Source: the human T2T-CHM13v2.0 reference genome, Homo sapiens | DNA length: 64,000 nucleotides | Strand: one strand, 5' to 3' | NCBI RefSeq assembly: GCF_009914755.1 | Contig: NC_060936.1 | Shown here: positions 39,791 to 54,604 of the stretch, piece by piece | Numbering within the stretch: position 1 is the stretch's first letter | How the letters are laid out: the number at the start of each line of letters is the position of its first letter | Notes under the pieces: generated by a model | Told to the model about the DNA's origin: nothing | What the model saw: only the letters and a program-made list of their open reading frames with translations | Database searches by the model: none | Translations under genes and position numbers: made by a program

Positions 39791-40663
39791 CTTTGCAGGA
39801 ATCTTTAAGTCACTCATCCATTTCATGAGGGTTAGTTTAGTTCAAACCAGATAATACATTTTAATGGAGCATGAGCAAACTGCAAAACATTGCAATATGA
39901 AAGCTAACAAAGTAGTCAGGAGGCCATTGTCCACACTTTTGCATAATGAACCCCCTCCTTCCCTCAGTAACATCTATGTGCCATGACTGCCTGATGTAGG
40001 GAACCAGTCACTATCCAGATAGATTTTTTTAAAGATAGCATAATTATCCATATGAAGTCTAATATCTTCATTTTGCACCTTGGTGGCCTGTGTGGGTACC
40101 CCCATATAAAGACCAATGTATTTGTTTTCCAGATGCAGAAAGATGAGGCACAGAGGATTGGCCACCTGCTCCAGGTCCCATAATTAAACATTACTGTCAG
40201 GATTAGAGTCCTGGGGTCCAAACACCCAGTGCTCTCTCCACACTACCATGGTGCCCAATTCATATTCCTGCCATGACTACCCTTTCCATTTCTGGCCCTG
40301 TTTGAAGCCCCTAATTCCCACTGAAAACAATAAATGCTCTAAAATTAAGGCAACAATTTCACACAGTAGAGCAAATGGGTGGCTGAGAGTGAATTTACCC
40401 AGCAGCAAAGCCAGTGTAGAAGGCACCATTTTTTGGTTACCATCAGATTAAGGTTGGGCCCCAGAGGGTCACCCCATCTTTGTTTCTCTTGTGAACCCCT
40501 CTGAGTCAAATGGTAACAATAGTTGTTGTAATTGTAAGTTATAACATTGAATTAGCGACTATTGAAAAGTGTAAATTATAATAGCAATTGTTGAGAATGA
40601 ACCCTGTAACGGTGAGCTAACAAAGGAGTTTTATGCTAGTGAGTCCATCAAGAAGGACATTGG

Positions 40664-40970
40664 GGCCAGGGGCAGAGGTTTGTGCCTGTAATCCCGACAA
40701 TTTGGGAGGCCCAGGCAGGCAGATCACTCGAGCTCAGGAGTTCAAGACCAGCCTGGCTAACCTGATGAAACCCCATCTCTACTAAAAATACAAAAATTAA
40801 CAGGGCATTGTGGCATGCACCTGTAGTCTCAGCTACTCTGGATGCTGAGGTGGGTGAATGGCTTGAACCCAGGAGGCAGAGGTTGCAGCGAGCCGAGATC
40901 ATCATGCCGCCGCACCTGCACTCCAGCCTGGACGACAGAACAAAACTCCATCTCAAAAAAAAAAAAAAAA
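40664..40970 (+). mobile_element. Alu (S/J)
   Basis: Alu dimer; TSD gacattgg. Confidence 0.93.
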
Positions 40971-41309
40971 GACATTGGGATGTAAGCTGAGAAAGGGAGA
41001 GTCTAAGGTTTTAGAAAAATAAGGAAGTTATTTTAAAATACATTACTTTTGTTTCTTTGTTTGTTTTAAATGGATTACAGAACAATCAACAAAGCAGCCA
41101 GGTGTGTTGATGACAGCTCTCAAGCTTTCACAAGGTGTAATAGGACGGATGAGCCCATTCCATTGAGACTAGCACTACCCAGGAGAGCCAGGAAGGTAAA
41201 GAGACCACCTACAACAGTGTAATCCGTCCAAATAAGGACATCAAGTCAAATGGATGGAGGGAGACAGTAAATTTAAAACATTAAATTTTAAGTAAAAACA
41301 AGTCATACA

Positions 41310-42526
41310 CTTCACGTCTAAAACACCAAAAGCAATGGCAACAAAAGCCAACATTGACAAATTGGATCTAATTAAACTAAAGAGCTTCTGCACAGCAAAA
41401 GAAACTACCATCAGAGTGAACAGGCAACCTACAGAATGGGAGAAAACTTTTGCAACCTACTCATCTGACAAGGGCTAATATCCAGAATCTAAAATGAACT
41501 CAAACAAATTTATAAGAAAAAAACAAACAACCCCATCAAAAAGTGGGCAAAGGATGTGAAGAGACACTTCTCAAAAGAAGACATTTATGCAGACAAAAAA
41601 CACATGAAAAAATACTCATCATCACTGGCCATCGGAGAAATGCAAATCAAAATCACAATGAGATACCATCTCACATCAGTTAGAATGGCAATCATTACAA
41701 AGTCAGGAAACAACAGGTGCTGGAGAGGATGTGGAGAAATAGGAACACTTTTACACTGTTGGTGGGACTGTAAACTAGTTCAACCATTGTGGAAGTCGGT
41801 GTGGCGATTCCTCAGGGATCTAGAACTAGAAATCCCATTTGACCCAGCCATCCCATTACTGGATATATACCCAAAGGATTATAAATCATGCTGCTATAAA
41901 GACACATGCACACGTATGTTTATTGCGGCACTATTCACAATAGCAAAGTCTTGGAACCAACCTAAATGTCCAACAATGATAGACTGAATTAAGAAAATGT
42001 GGCACATATACACCATGGAATACTATGCAGCCATAAAAAATGATGAGTTCATGTCCTTTGTAGGGACATGGATGAAACTGGAAACCATCATTCTCAGCAA
42101 ACTATCGCAAGGACAAAAAACCAACACCACATGTTCTCACTCATAGGTGGGAGTTGAACAATGAGAACACATGGACACAGGAAGGGGAACATCACACACC
42201 GGGGACTGTTGTGGGGTGGGGGGAGTGGGGAGAGGTAGCATTAGGAGATATACCTAATGCTAAATGACGAGTTAATGGGTGCAGCACACCAACATGGCAC
42301 ATGTATACATGTGTAACAAACCTGCACGTTATGCACATGTACCCTAAAACATGTACCCTAAAGTATAATAATAATATAAATAAATAAATAAATAAATACC
42401 ATACTGTTTTCACTTTAAAAAAAAAAAAGAAATAGAACCATATTGATTCTCTGAAATCTTTTTTTCTCTTGGCAAGTCAAACTGTAAAAATAAACTGGAA
42501 AAATATTTTTACCCGAAAAAAAAAAA
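41310..42526 (+). mobile_element. 5'-truncated L1PA (L1PA4-like) with 3' transduction
   Basis: ORF2 C-terminus ([19 protein letters not shown]) with premature stops; 3'UTR and tail to 42398; then non-L1 sequence, a second polyA and the TSD aagtcataca. Confidence 0.92.
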
Positions 42527-42719
42527 GTCATACAAAGTTGAGATAAGATGTAGAATAGAGTTAATTTATTTTCACGGTTTTTATTATCTAGATTGCAGAA
42601 AGAATTGAATGTGAATGCATGAAATTTAAATGCACATCAAAAAGCATGCAGGGTACATCAAATTAAGAGGCATGTGACAAACTGATATTTTCGCAAATAT
42701 TTTCCATAGAAATTAATGT

Positions 42720-42942
42720 TTTTATTTTCAATTGTATTTATTTATTTTTCTGCTTTCCAACTTTTATTTTAGGTTCAAGGGGTGCACATGCAGGTTTGTT
42801 ACATGGGTAAATTGCGTGTCATTGGGGTTTGTTGCACAGATAATTTTGTCACCCAGGTAATCAGCATAACATCCAATAGGCATTTTTTCGTTCCTCACCC
42901 TCTTTCCGCCCTTCACCCTCAAGTAGGCCCGTGTGTCTATTG
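42720..42942 (-). mobile_element. Older L1P 3' end fragment
   Basis: cacatgcaggtttgttacatgggtaaattgcgtgtc; TSD-like ttaatgtttt. Confidence 0.8.
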
Positions 42943-45493
42943 AGGAGTTAATGTTTTAAAAATATATCTTGCAAATCAATGTGAAAAACATTAACATCCA
43001 GTGGAAATATGGGCGAAGTTCCTGAACAGAAAAATCACAGAAATTAATTTAAAATATTGTTTAAAATTAATCTCCCATTTGTAAAAAGAAAGGAAATTAA
43101 ATACATAATAAATAAATGCTCATCATTTTTAAAGATATTTTAATGCCGAAAAAAGTAATCTCTGAATCCCAAAGGGTAAAGAACATCCCCACAAATAGAG
43201 TACGCTTAGCTTTGTGCAAACTCACCACTCTGTTCTTGTAGTTCTTGTTTCACTGTTAGCCAGTGACTGAAACCAGTCTGTGGGTCACTATTTGAAGCAC
43301 TGACCTGGAAAGTTCTGAGTGGATAGGTAAGCCTGTGCAAACGGATGGAGGAGACCCAATCTGTGCAAACACTCAGGATTGCTGGGATATCAAAGGAGGT
43401 CACCGAGGGTGCATTTGTCTGATGGCCTTGGAGCCTCCTGGGAGAAAGAGAATCAGCAAGAGGACTTTGGGACTACCCGCCTTGCCCCTGGACCCTAGAA
43501 TGAAAGGGCTCTACCAAGAGACCATGTGAATATCATGGCGGATGGGGAAGCCAGCCTGTGAAAGCAGGTGTGTTATGAAGAACGCCATGCCTTGGAGGGC
43601 AGCAAGCTGTCAGGGGGCTGACAGCCAGACCCCACATGCTCTAAGTTCTTCAACAGAGGAGGCTAACAGGACAAGGCACTTGAGAGTTACAATCACTGAG
43701 CCTCAAGGCCATCTAGGAAAATGACCACATAGCCCTTAAGGACTGCCAGTGGTTCTCGTCACTTCACACAGGGGGTGGCAGTGGCTGCAGCCTGCCAGCC
43801 ACATGTCAGAGTGTAGGGCGCCTGACTAAACCAGAGAGGTTTCTGCATCTGGAAAACAAAAAGATTGTCTCTACAAATAGGAGATGGTCCTTGCATGAGG
43901 ACCTCGCATAAGACCCCTTCACCAAAGCAGCCTCCCTCCACTTCTCTGAACACAACCCCACCTAGGATAAGCAGGACCCCTCAAGGTGTGTTGCTGGCAG
44001 AGCAGAGGCAGGAGGTCCACCTCCTTCCTAGGGCTGCCCAAGGACTTCCCCAGGCTCTACCTTCAGAGGAGGCCGTGCCTTTGTCTGCAGGTATTGTAGA
44101 CTTTGGAGCAGCTGGATCTGCATTTTGCCAATGACTTCCTCCTGGGAGCCCCAGGTCCTATAAGAGTCCTATTCTTCAATTACAGCAGTGGGAATTCTGA
44201 CAAGATGAAGATTTCCAAACCCCAAGTTACTGCTAGAACTAATTGGACAGTCACTGTATGTCACACCCTGTCTTAGAAACACTCGGTGTCCATCATTCAG
44301 TCCTTACTGCGTGTGTCACTGTGAGCTGCTTGCTGCCTTCACTTTGCAGCTGAAGGCAGTGAGGCTGGGGGACCTCAGAGAACGTCCCTAAGGTCATACA
44401 GTAAGTGGCTAAGTTGAGATTCAGACCGAGGTCTATCCACTCGCAAGGCCCCTGTTTTAAGCACACTACACTCCCAGCAAGAGTAGCTAAGGGAAAAAAA
44501 AAAACCACCTAGAAACAGCCTGAATGAACATCAGAAGGGAAATGATTAAACTTCACAATACCTGTCCTATGTAATTGAATGCAGCTATTATAAAGAAGTG
44601 AGCTAGTTTTATATACGTTAACTTGGAAACTTTCTATGTTGTATGGTTAAGGAGGGAAAAGAACAAAGTTGCAAAAAGATACATCATACTATTTCATTTT
44701 TTTTTTTTTTGATAAAAGTTTTACATGTGTGGATATGTTTCTAGAAGCATGGAAAACTTATGGAAGCCAATAATGCAACCTCTGGAGTTACAGGGGAGGG
44801 CCACCGGACCCCTGAGCTTAATAACCGGAAGATTTGAGAAAGGCGTGCGGCGGGCAAAGATCGCAGAAAGAGTGGAGGACTGGTGCCACTCAGACACCTT
44901 AGCTCGCTGAGAGAAATGGAGACGGCCTCCAGGACATCTTAGGACCCTGGCTGATTCCGAGAATCACAAATCACATCTCTGAAAAAAGTGAGAACTTCAT
45001 TCTTTCATTCAGTGCAAAAATGTTTACTGAACACCTACTATGTGCCAGACACAACCGAGATGCTGGTGATATGATGCAGACAAAGTAGGCTCAGATCCCT
45101 GGCCGGGAAGAATTCACGTACTATTTGTGCATTCTAGTCAGTCCGTCTGCTCCTCCTACATTGCCTCTGCCACCTCAACTCTGTCTCCCCCAACCCCCAA
45201 CACACACACAGAGTACAATATTTGGCTGATTCATCTTGCTATGTTCAATGTTTTTCTTTCCAAGAAAAAAGTTGAACAAAATGAGAAAGCAACAGATTGG
45301 TAAGGCATTAGAGCTTGGTGATCTCAGATAACCCCACCCTTCAGTGAGGGGCTGCCCATGGAATTAACTACATATACGACAACACCTAAAATCCTGCAAA
45401 GCTTAGCCATATCAGCATTTTATGGAATAGAAAAAAAGATCAAGTCCCTGTCCTTCAAAGCTTGTACTCATGAGAAATAAGATAGCAGCACCA

Positions 45494-45877
<384 letters not shown>

Positions 45878-46088
45878 TCAAATTATAATACGTTCCTGAG
45901 GAGGGCAATGAGAATCGAAAGCCAAAAATTAGTGTAGGCTTCCAAATAAAGTAGGTTCAGGGTGCTACCTTAATGAGGATTCTTGACAGCCCACCGTGTA
46001 AACAGCAGGGATAATGTTATGAAGGTGAAATAAGTACACCCACAAAAAGCGACAAGATCTAAGAATAAGTAGGATAAAAAGACACAGA

Positions 46089-46450
46089 TCTTAGTCCATT
46101 TAGGCTGCTAAAACAACATGCCCTCAACTGGGTAGCTCATAAACAACGGAAATTTATTTCTCACTGTTCTGGAGGCTGAGAAGTCCAGGATCAAGATGCC
46201 AGCCGATTTACTGTCCGGTGAGGACCTGCTTTCTGATTCATAGATGGTGCCTTCTAACTGTGTTCTCACATGGCGGAAGGGGCTGGCTAGCTCTCTGGGG
46301 TCTCTTTTACAAGGGTACTAATTGCATTCATGAGAGGCCAGCCCTCATGACCTATTCACCTCCCAAAGGCCCTACCTCCTTATACTATCACCTTAGCAGT
46401 TAGGATTTCAATGATGAGTTTGGGGGGACACAAATATTCAGACCATAGCA
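46089..46450 (-). mobile_element. MLT1A-type MaLR solo LTR
   Basis: tcttagtccatttaggctgct...gttctggaggctgagaagtcc...attcagaccatagca. Confidence 0.85.
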
Positions 46451-46523
46451 ACATTGATGAGAAGATCCACAGAAATCCTGGAATTCGGTGAGGAATAAAT
46501 CAAAGTATAGTACCTTTGGTAGT

Positions 46524-47008
46524 TTCCATCTATGTCGAGAAATTTAATAATGAGAACTTCATCCTAAAGCATACAGGTCCTGGCATCTTGTCCATGGCAA
46601 ATGCTGGACCCATCACAAACAGTTCCCAGTTTTTCATCTGCACTGCCAAGACTCAGTGGTTGCATGGCAAGGATGTGGTCTTTGGCAAGGTGAAAGAAGG
46701 CATGAATATTGTGGAGGCCATGAAGCGCTTTGGGTCCAGTGGCAAGACCAGCAAGAAGATCACCATTGCTGACTGTGGATAACTCTAATAAGTTTGACTT
46801 GTGTTTTATCTTAACCACCAGACCATTCCATCTGTAGCTCAGTAGAGCACCCCTCCACCCCATTTGCTCACAGTATCCTATAATCTTTGTGCTCTCACTG
46901 CAATTCCTTTGGGTTCCATGTTTTGTTTCCATCCATGCCTAGCTGGATTGCAAAGTTAAGTTTATAATTATGAAATAAAAACTAAATAACAAAAATAATA
47001 ATAATAAT
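46524..47008 (+). pseudogene. PPIA: 5'-truncated processed pseudogene of cyclophilin A
   Basis: [29 protein letters not shown]...KITIADCG matches the PPIA C-terminal half with no introns, a 1-codon deletion and a premature TAA. PPIA 3'UTR, AATAAA at 46974 and a decayed A-tail follow. Confidence 0.95.
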
Positions 47009-50000
47009 GCAACCTCAACATTGAGTACCTCAGGAGGTGTGGTTGAAGGGGTAAGGGGGTGGCCTTCCAGCTTAACACTTAAAATGTTAGAACAAGAATA
47101 CTTCATTTTCATAATCTAAAAGAAAAAAGAAGACCTTTATTTTTGTCTACTTTGGACACAGTAGGAGGTGAGTAAATGTTTGCTGAATTGAATCAAATTG
47201 AACCTACTGAATCTCCCCGTCCGCTGGGACACTAGCTGGGCAGGCTGCCCAGAAGCAGGAATGCAGAGCCTGTGCGTCCAAAGATAAAGTATCGCTCTGC
47301 CACAGAGGCTGAGGCATCCCTGGAGAGAAAGAACAGCCTTGCCTGCTAGATTCATTTCTACCATCACCCAGGCCTCCATCCTTACTGGGAGATGCTGGAA
47401 ATAGCTTCACCTTGCTTCTTAACTGACTCATGGCTTTTGCGTTTCCAGGCAGCAAAATCATATTAGCAGCCCCAAAACCCAATAAGGACCATGTACCCAG
47501 TCAAAACTTCTCAACACAAAAGGAGACAAGTAAGACTGGTCAGCTGCATTCTGGTCTCCTCTTAGAAAAATCACTGGTGGCATGAAATCTTTAGTTTATT
47601 AACAGACATCTCCTGCATTCTGACAATAGTAGCTCATTCAAAAACAAAAAAAGAAGAAGAAAGCAAATGGTGACCCAGGTTCTGAGGGATGAAACCAAAA
47701 TTTTATCACAGTAGCTCAGCGCCTGGCTCACTTGGGGCTGCTGGGCAGTGAAAAGATGGAGAACTTTTGACTTTCCAAGGCATGGACTTGAAAGTCACCC
47801 ACTGTTTCTGTGGTTACTGTATTAAGGCGTTTTAAAAGCAAGTGAGTGCCAAAGATGAAGGTGATGGAGATGCGCAACAAGAAAAGCTGAATCTTTCTCC
47901 AGGACTTAGATGAACTCAGTGTGTAACTGGATCCTAACCATCTTCACACAGTCAGGATGGGGAGGGGGATATTTTTACTTATTTTATAAGTAGGTGAGCA
48001 GAGCCTGAGGCACCCAGTAACATTCACGCAAAGTCACAGGGCAACTGAGGCCAAGCCTTCACCCAACCTCATCACAGGTGTGAACTCTCCATTCTGAACA
48101 CATGCCATCCTCCCCTAACCCCCAAAATCATTCCTCCTAAGGAGGAATAAATTGGATATTGGGCCTCAGTTTCTTTGCGGATGCAGGGTGTCATCCAGGA
48201 CCAATCCTTCATTTTCCTGCAGATGAAATACATCAAGCTTAACTCCCATCCTAGGACTAGGAAAGGACTCACAAGCCTGTGTGGTTCAGAGAAGGCGCAG
48301 ATCAAAGCACATGACATTGTCATTTCTACAGCCATATGGCACTTGACAGATTTAAAAGCATTTATGCACGTTTAACTTCATGAACCTCACAACCTATCCC
48401 CCCTTCCCTTGAGTAGGCAGGACTGGCCTAATTTTTCCTGTTTAATAGCAGAGACTCAAACAGCTGGGAACAGGCAGAGTAAAGACAAGAAAGTCTTCTA
48501 TTCCCCAATCCAATGCTCTTTCTGCAGTGCTTAAAGAGCAAAGCAAAGCAAACTTCTCCAGAGATGCCTCTGCCTCATGACCTTTGCCTGGCCTGAAAGT
48601 GAAGAATTCCACTGGGCTACAGTAGTCAAGCACCCTGTTGGGAACATTTCCTCCTGAGCCCCCCCAGTCAGTCCTGCCTTTTAATCATGGCCTCATGTAA
48701 ACCCTTGCACCCTGTGGGAGTCTCAGCTGGGATCTGAGTTTTTTAAAAAATGGGGCTTCATCCATGTTCACCGTCCCCCACAACACACACGTCCCCTGAA
48801 CACACATCCTGATCAGTGGCTTCTGGGCACCAGTGTCTGGAAATAACCCCTGCCCTCAGCTTCTTTTTCTGGGAAGCTCCTTCTGTAACTTGCTATATCA
48901 ACCGTCTCCCATTGTGAGAGGGAAAAGACTGAAGAATCTGTAGGGTATCTGGACAGAGTGCCATTTTATGGTATGTGTGTTTAAATAGCTTTTGCTCCCT
49001 GATTTTATGTTGCTTAAGGTTATGTTGAAATTAGCATGTCTAGGAAATAGCAGTGAGGAAAGGTGGCCCAGAAACCTTTTTTAGATAGCATGAAGAATGT
49101 TGGCCTGCTTTTAATTCTGTGCATGTGGATATATAACAGTGAATGGGAATTGATAAAATCTGCATTTCCCTACTATCTTTTCTTGCTTGTGCCTAGTAAC
49201 CCTCAGAGAATGGGGTCAATGTAGGAGCCTCTCGGGAGCACCTCAGTGTTAGCCTTCTCTCTTTTCTGAGCAACCTTACTCTGGGTTACTCAACAGTCCC
49301 AAAAGATTTTAATGATGGTGGTTTCCTTCTTAACAACTGAACCTCCAATTCAGAAAGCTCAGCTTTCTCCTCTCTGGGTCATGGCAGATGATCTCACAGT
49401 TGTGTGCAAGCCCCATCATTTTTCCCTTCATCTCCCCTTCCCACTCCTACCCACAGGGACCCACTCAAATGTCCTTTCACTGAAGAATACCTAACATTTT
49501 TGAGAATGTATGTGCTTTTATTTAATAAGAGTGATATTGGGTTATATATCTCACTTTTTCATTCAACACTACCTTTTTGAAGATCTTGTCACTAAATCTG
49601 ATTCATGGTTTCTGACTACTGCAGAATATTTCACTGTATGCACCCCACCGTATCCCACTCTGTCTCTTACTAGCTGTGTTGTCTTTGGCAAATTACTTAA
49701 GTGCTCTGTACCTCAGGTTCCTAATATATAAAATGGGATGGTACTAGTGCCTACATCACAGGGTGGTTATGACGATTAAATGAGTTTTGGACTGGATGTA
49801 TCTGAAGAGCTTCGAGAAGCACTTGGCACATAAAAAGTGCAGAGGAAAAAACACCTTAGTTAACATTATTGTTACTTCCCTATTCCCCTGATGAAAGATG
49901 TGTTGGTTAGACAGCTCTCTGCTACAACAAACAATGCTGAAATGGGCATCCTTGCTCATGTTTCTTCTTATAATTGTCTGTGAATTTATCTGGGACATAT

Positions 50001-50096
50001 ACCAAGCAGTGGAACTGCTGAATTACAGAGCATGTAAATTACTTTATAGAAAATGCCAGACTGCACTCCAGGATGTACAATTTACAACAGTCCCCC

Positions 50097-51030
50097 TGTT
50101 GCAGCTTTTTTCATTCTGGTAGTTCAGCTGACAGGAGTGTCACAGCTCTTTTATTATCACAGTTCAGTGAGTTCTGGGTCCTTGTCTCATGACCAAGAGT
50201 AATAAGGTACTGGAGAGGGGGTGTATTATAATTAGTCCATTCTCACACTGCTAATAAAGACATATCCAAGACTGAGTAATTTATGAAGAAAAAGAGGGTC
50301 AGTGGACTCGCAGTTCCACATGGCTGGGGAGGTCTCACAATCATGATGAAAGACAAAGGAAGAGCAAAGGGACTTCTTAAATGGTGGTGGGTAACTGTGC
50401 AAAGGAACTACTCTATAAATCCATCAGATCTCATGAGACTTACTCACTATCATGAGAACAGCACAGGAAAGACCCACCACCATCATCCCCTTACCTTTCA
50501 TCAGGTCCCTCCTATGACATGTAGGAACTGTGGGAACTACAATTCAAGATGAGATTTGGGTGGGGACACAGCCAAACCATATCATGGGGTAAGGCAGGGT
50601 AGAATTTATTGAGCAAAAGAAAAGCCCTTGACAGCAAAAAGGGACCCAAAAGTGGGTAGCTGGCTGAGAGGCTGAGTCTAGGGTTTATATGGGCTTAGAA
50701 TGGGGAAATGCATGCTGATTGGTTTATGAGTAGGACTGGAAAAGACACCCTTCAATTAGTTTGTGAAAAGAGCCAATCAGGAGAAAGTGGGCATATGCAA
50801 AATAGTCTTGGAAAAGGCACCATTCAATTGGTTAAGAGGCATCATTTAGAAAGAACCAATTGAGAGAGAGTAGGTAAAATGGGGATGGAAGTTCTCATTC
50901 AGGTTCATGGATTCTATCCGGAACTGTAGCTCAGTTTTCAGGGTTTAGAGTGTTCTTGGCTTGAAGGTGGAGTTTCACCAGGGACCTGTCTCTGTCTGCC
51001 CAGGAATTTGTCTGTCTCCTGTTGCTATCA
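50097..51030 (-). mobile_element. ERV1 solo LTR (MER52/LTR27/28-like) interrupted by THE1
   Basis: tgttgc...ctatca termini, near-TSD cccc/ccac; L1 sequence continues across it. Confidence 0.65.
50222..50584 (-). mobile_element. THE1 solo LTR
   Basis: tagtccattctcacactgctaataaagacat...gggacacagccaaaccatatca. Confidence 0.9.
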
Positions 51031-53499
51031 CCACTAACAGTCTTGAAAGCTCTCACTCCCCACAGCCTTATCAATGCTTGATAATATCTTACCTCCCACT
51101 GGCTGCTAATCTGATGGGTGGAAAGTGGCATCTTCTTTTGTTTTGTGTGTCTTTGATCACTAGTGAAGTTAAGCATCTGTTTGTACATTAGTTAGCCTCT
51201 TGTGAGTTAATATCTTGTCTAATTTTTTCATGCCTTTTCCTTCTTGATTTGTGGTAGTCCCTGGTATATTCTAGAAATATCCTTGTTAGTTTTAAAAGTT
51301 GCATGTATCTTCAAACCTACGATCAATCTGTCATCTTGGTGTATGGTGTCTTTTATTAAACAGAAATTTTTAGTGTGGTTGCACGCAACCATTTTGTCCC
51401 TTATGATTCATGCTATTTGAATAATGTGTGAAAAATCTTTTATACCCCCAAATCACACATGTGCACACACAAGCTCCTTCATTTTTTCAATATCATAAAT
51501 TTGCCTTTCACATTTAGGTCTATATTTGGAGATTATGTTTGTATATGGTAGAAGATAGAGATCTGAATAATTTTTCTCCAATAGTAAACCAGTTCTCCAA
51601 ATATCACCTATATAAGCCATCCTTTCTCCACTGATGAGTGCCACCTGTCTCATATAAAATGACATATAGCCACGAGTTTATTTCTGCACCCTCTGTTCTG
51701 TTGCATTCACCTTAATCATCCTGTACCAGCAGCAGATTCATTGAATTAGTGTGGAGTTTGTAGGATGTCTACAGTAGATGTTAGGGTGAATGTTTTCTCT
51801 TTTTTGAAATTTATTATTTCATACACATTTTAGAATCACTTTGTTATGCCAGTGCCAAAATTTTACCTTAATTCTTATTGAATTTTTATTGAATTTATGG
51901 ATTAATTTGTGGAGAACTTATATTTTTAGAATTACATTACATACACACTCTACCTCTCTGTTTAAGTCTTATAATCTTTAACAGAGTTTAAAATTTTTGT
52001 CCTTAAAGAACTTGCACATTCTTTGTTGGACACTTTCCTAGGTACTTCACAATTTTTTTTTGCCTCTGAAAATAGTATTTTTTTCCTATTCTATATGCTA
52101 GTTTAAAAAAGAAAACTGTTGATTTTTGTAAGTTGGCTTTGTATCCAATAAATTTGTTGACATCTCATTAGTTCTAGTGGTTTGTCTCTTGATTCTGTTG
52201 GATTTCTATGTCTGCAAATGACTTTTTGTCCCTTTTCTCTCTACCTTTATTCTTCTTATTTTTTTTTCATGTATTATGGCATTGGCCAGGATCTCTAGTA
52301 GTATATTGAAAAGTAACAGTGTTTCAGAGGTACTTCATCTTTTTCCAAATCTCAAATTAATTAATAGTTTGTCTGTTAATATATATATTCACAGTAAAAT
52401 CTTGGTATATAGATTTTATCAAATTTTACAAAAGCTTTTATTTCCACTTATGGCAATTTACTTTGAGAGATTTTACAATTTTGAGTGATCTTTGCATTTT
52501 TAAATACACTCTTGGATTTAGTGAGTTAGTATTTAAATAGGAAATCCAAATGAAATAGATTATGATTTTCTTTTATTATACTGTTCTTATCTGATTTTGG
52601 AATCAAGGATATACTAGCATTATAAAAATAAGTCAGGCAGAGTTTTCCCTTTTTCTATTTTCTGAAACAGCTTGTATAAGATAGAGATTTTTGATTCCAT
52701 TAAAGTTTGGTGAAACTAGCCTGTAAAACTGTGTGGATCTGGGCCTTAAAAAAGGGAGGATAGGGCATGGTTTTGATTACTCTTTAATTCCTTTAGCAGC
52801 TATAGTTCTGTTAACATTTTTTATTTTTGTGTAATATGTTTAGAAATAATGCATCCAACTCAAAATTTCATCCAACTAAAAATTCTATGTAGGTTTTCAA
52901 AATTTTTGCTTTCTAGATCATAGAATTCTTTTGATATTTATCAATTACTTAGGCAAATGTTTCCCATTTTGAATCCTTCATTTTGTTTGCATGTCATCTA
53001 TTCTTGCTCATTTTTGCCAGAGGTTTGTTTTTCAGAGAACAAGCTTTTAGTTTTGTTAATTATCTCTGTCATTACTATTCTCTATTTCATTATGTCCTCA
53101 TCTTTATGATTTCATTTTATATTATTTGCATCAGGTAACTCTGTTGCTCTTTTTCTAAATACCTGAATTGAATGCTTGGCTAGTTTGTTTTCAGCCTTTC
53201 TTGTTGGGTAATAAATGTATTATTCTAAGCTATGTCTCTCAAATTTCAACCCATTGTGCTTTCATTATTGTTCATCACTATTTTGTATTTTCCCATGTGT
53301 GTGTCTGTTTAAACAGGTATTCTTTTCAGGCAGGTAGGCTTTTTTAAAGCTATTTCTTCATTAGTAATTACTAATTTTATGGCATTACAGTCAGAGAATA
53401 AAGTCTCTCCACACACCCTCAACCATGTTAGTATCCTCTACGGTTATAGTATAAAATTACTACGGCTAGACCTCTACATTCTAAGTTCCTTTTAACATT

Positions 53500-54025
<526 letters not shown>

Positions 54026-54461
54026 TAACCTCCCTCCTCTGCTGCCACTGGGTGGGGTCTGCAGTTTTCCACCTTGTGCAAAGCAATGGGTAATGGTCCA
54101 TCCAGGGCAACAACAGAAGATAATATGACTACCTAGAAAGTCCCTCTTTCCCTCAGCCTATGCCCAGTCAGTGGCATCTGGCCTACCCACTTTGTATCAT
54201 TTTCCTCTTCTTCCTCAACTGAGATCTAATTTCCTTTTGTCTCTGCTAAAATTCCTTGGCCTCCCACCAACCTCCCTCTGGTGCCTCCTGTATCTCTAGA
54301 TTGGTTTTGGGATCAGGGTTCAGGATCTCTGCTGGTTGACCATTTCTTCTGAGAGTATGGTGGTTCCTTCCACCTGTTCATTTAATGTTCCTGCTCAGTT
54401 TTAGACCATCTCCATGCTTTCACCACCTCATCTCATATGTGAAGTCCCAAGTGGCTGCATT

Positions 54462-54477
54462 GGAAAGAAAAAGAAAG

Positions 54478-54510
<33 letters not shown>

Positions 54511-54543
54511 AAGAAGGAAGGAAGGAAGGAAGGAAGGAAGGAA

Positions 54544-54604
<61 letters not shown>

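Larger units (their letters stand above)
49450..53400 (-). mobile_element. Old fragmented L1M, antisense, interrupted by a MIR and LTRs
   Basis: T-rich antisense L1 phrases throughout (gcattggccaggatctctagta, gattttggaatcaaggatatactagc). Boundaries approximate. Confidence 0.7.

Noticed and set aside
41556-41987. 143-aa ORF
   Set aside because: L1 ORF2 C-terminal fragment bounded by premature stops.
50320-50332. PRDM9 hotspot motif in THE1
   Set aside because: Reads CCTCCCCAGCCAT on the minus strand, not the CCTCCCTNNCCAC hotspot form.
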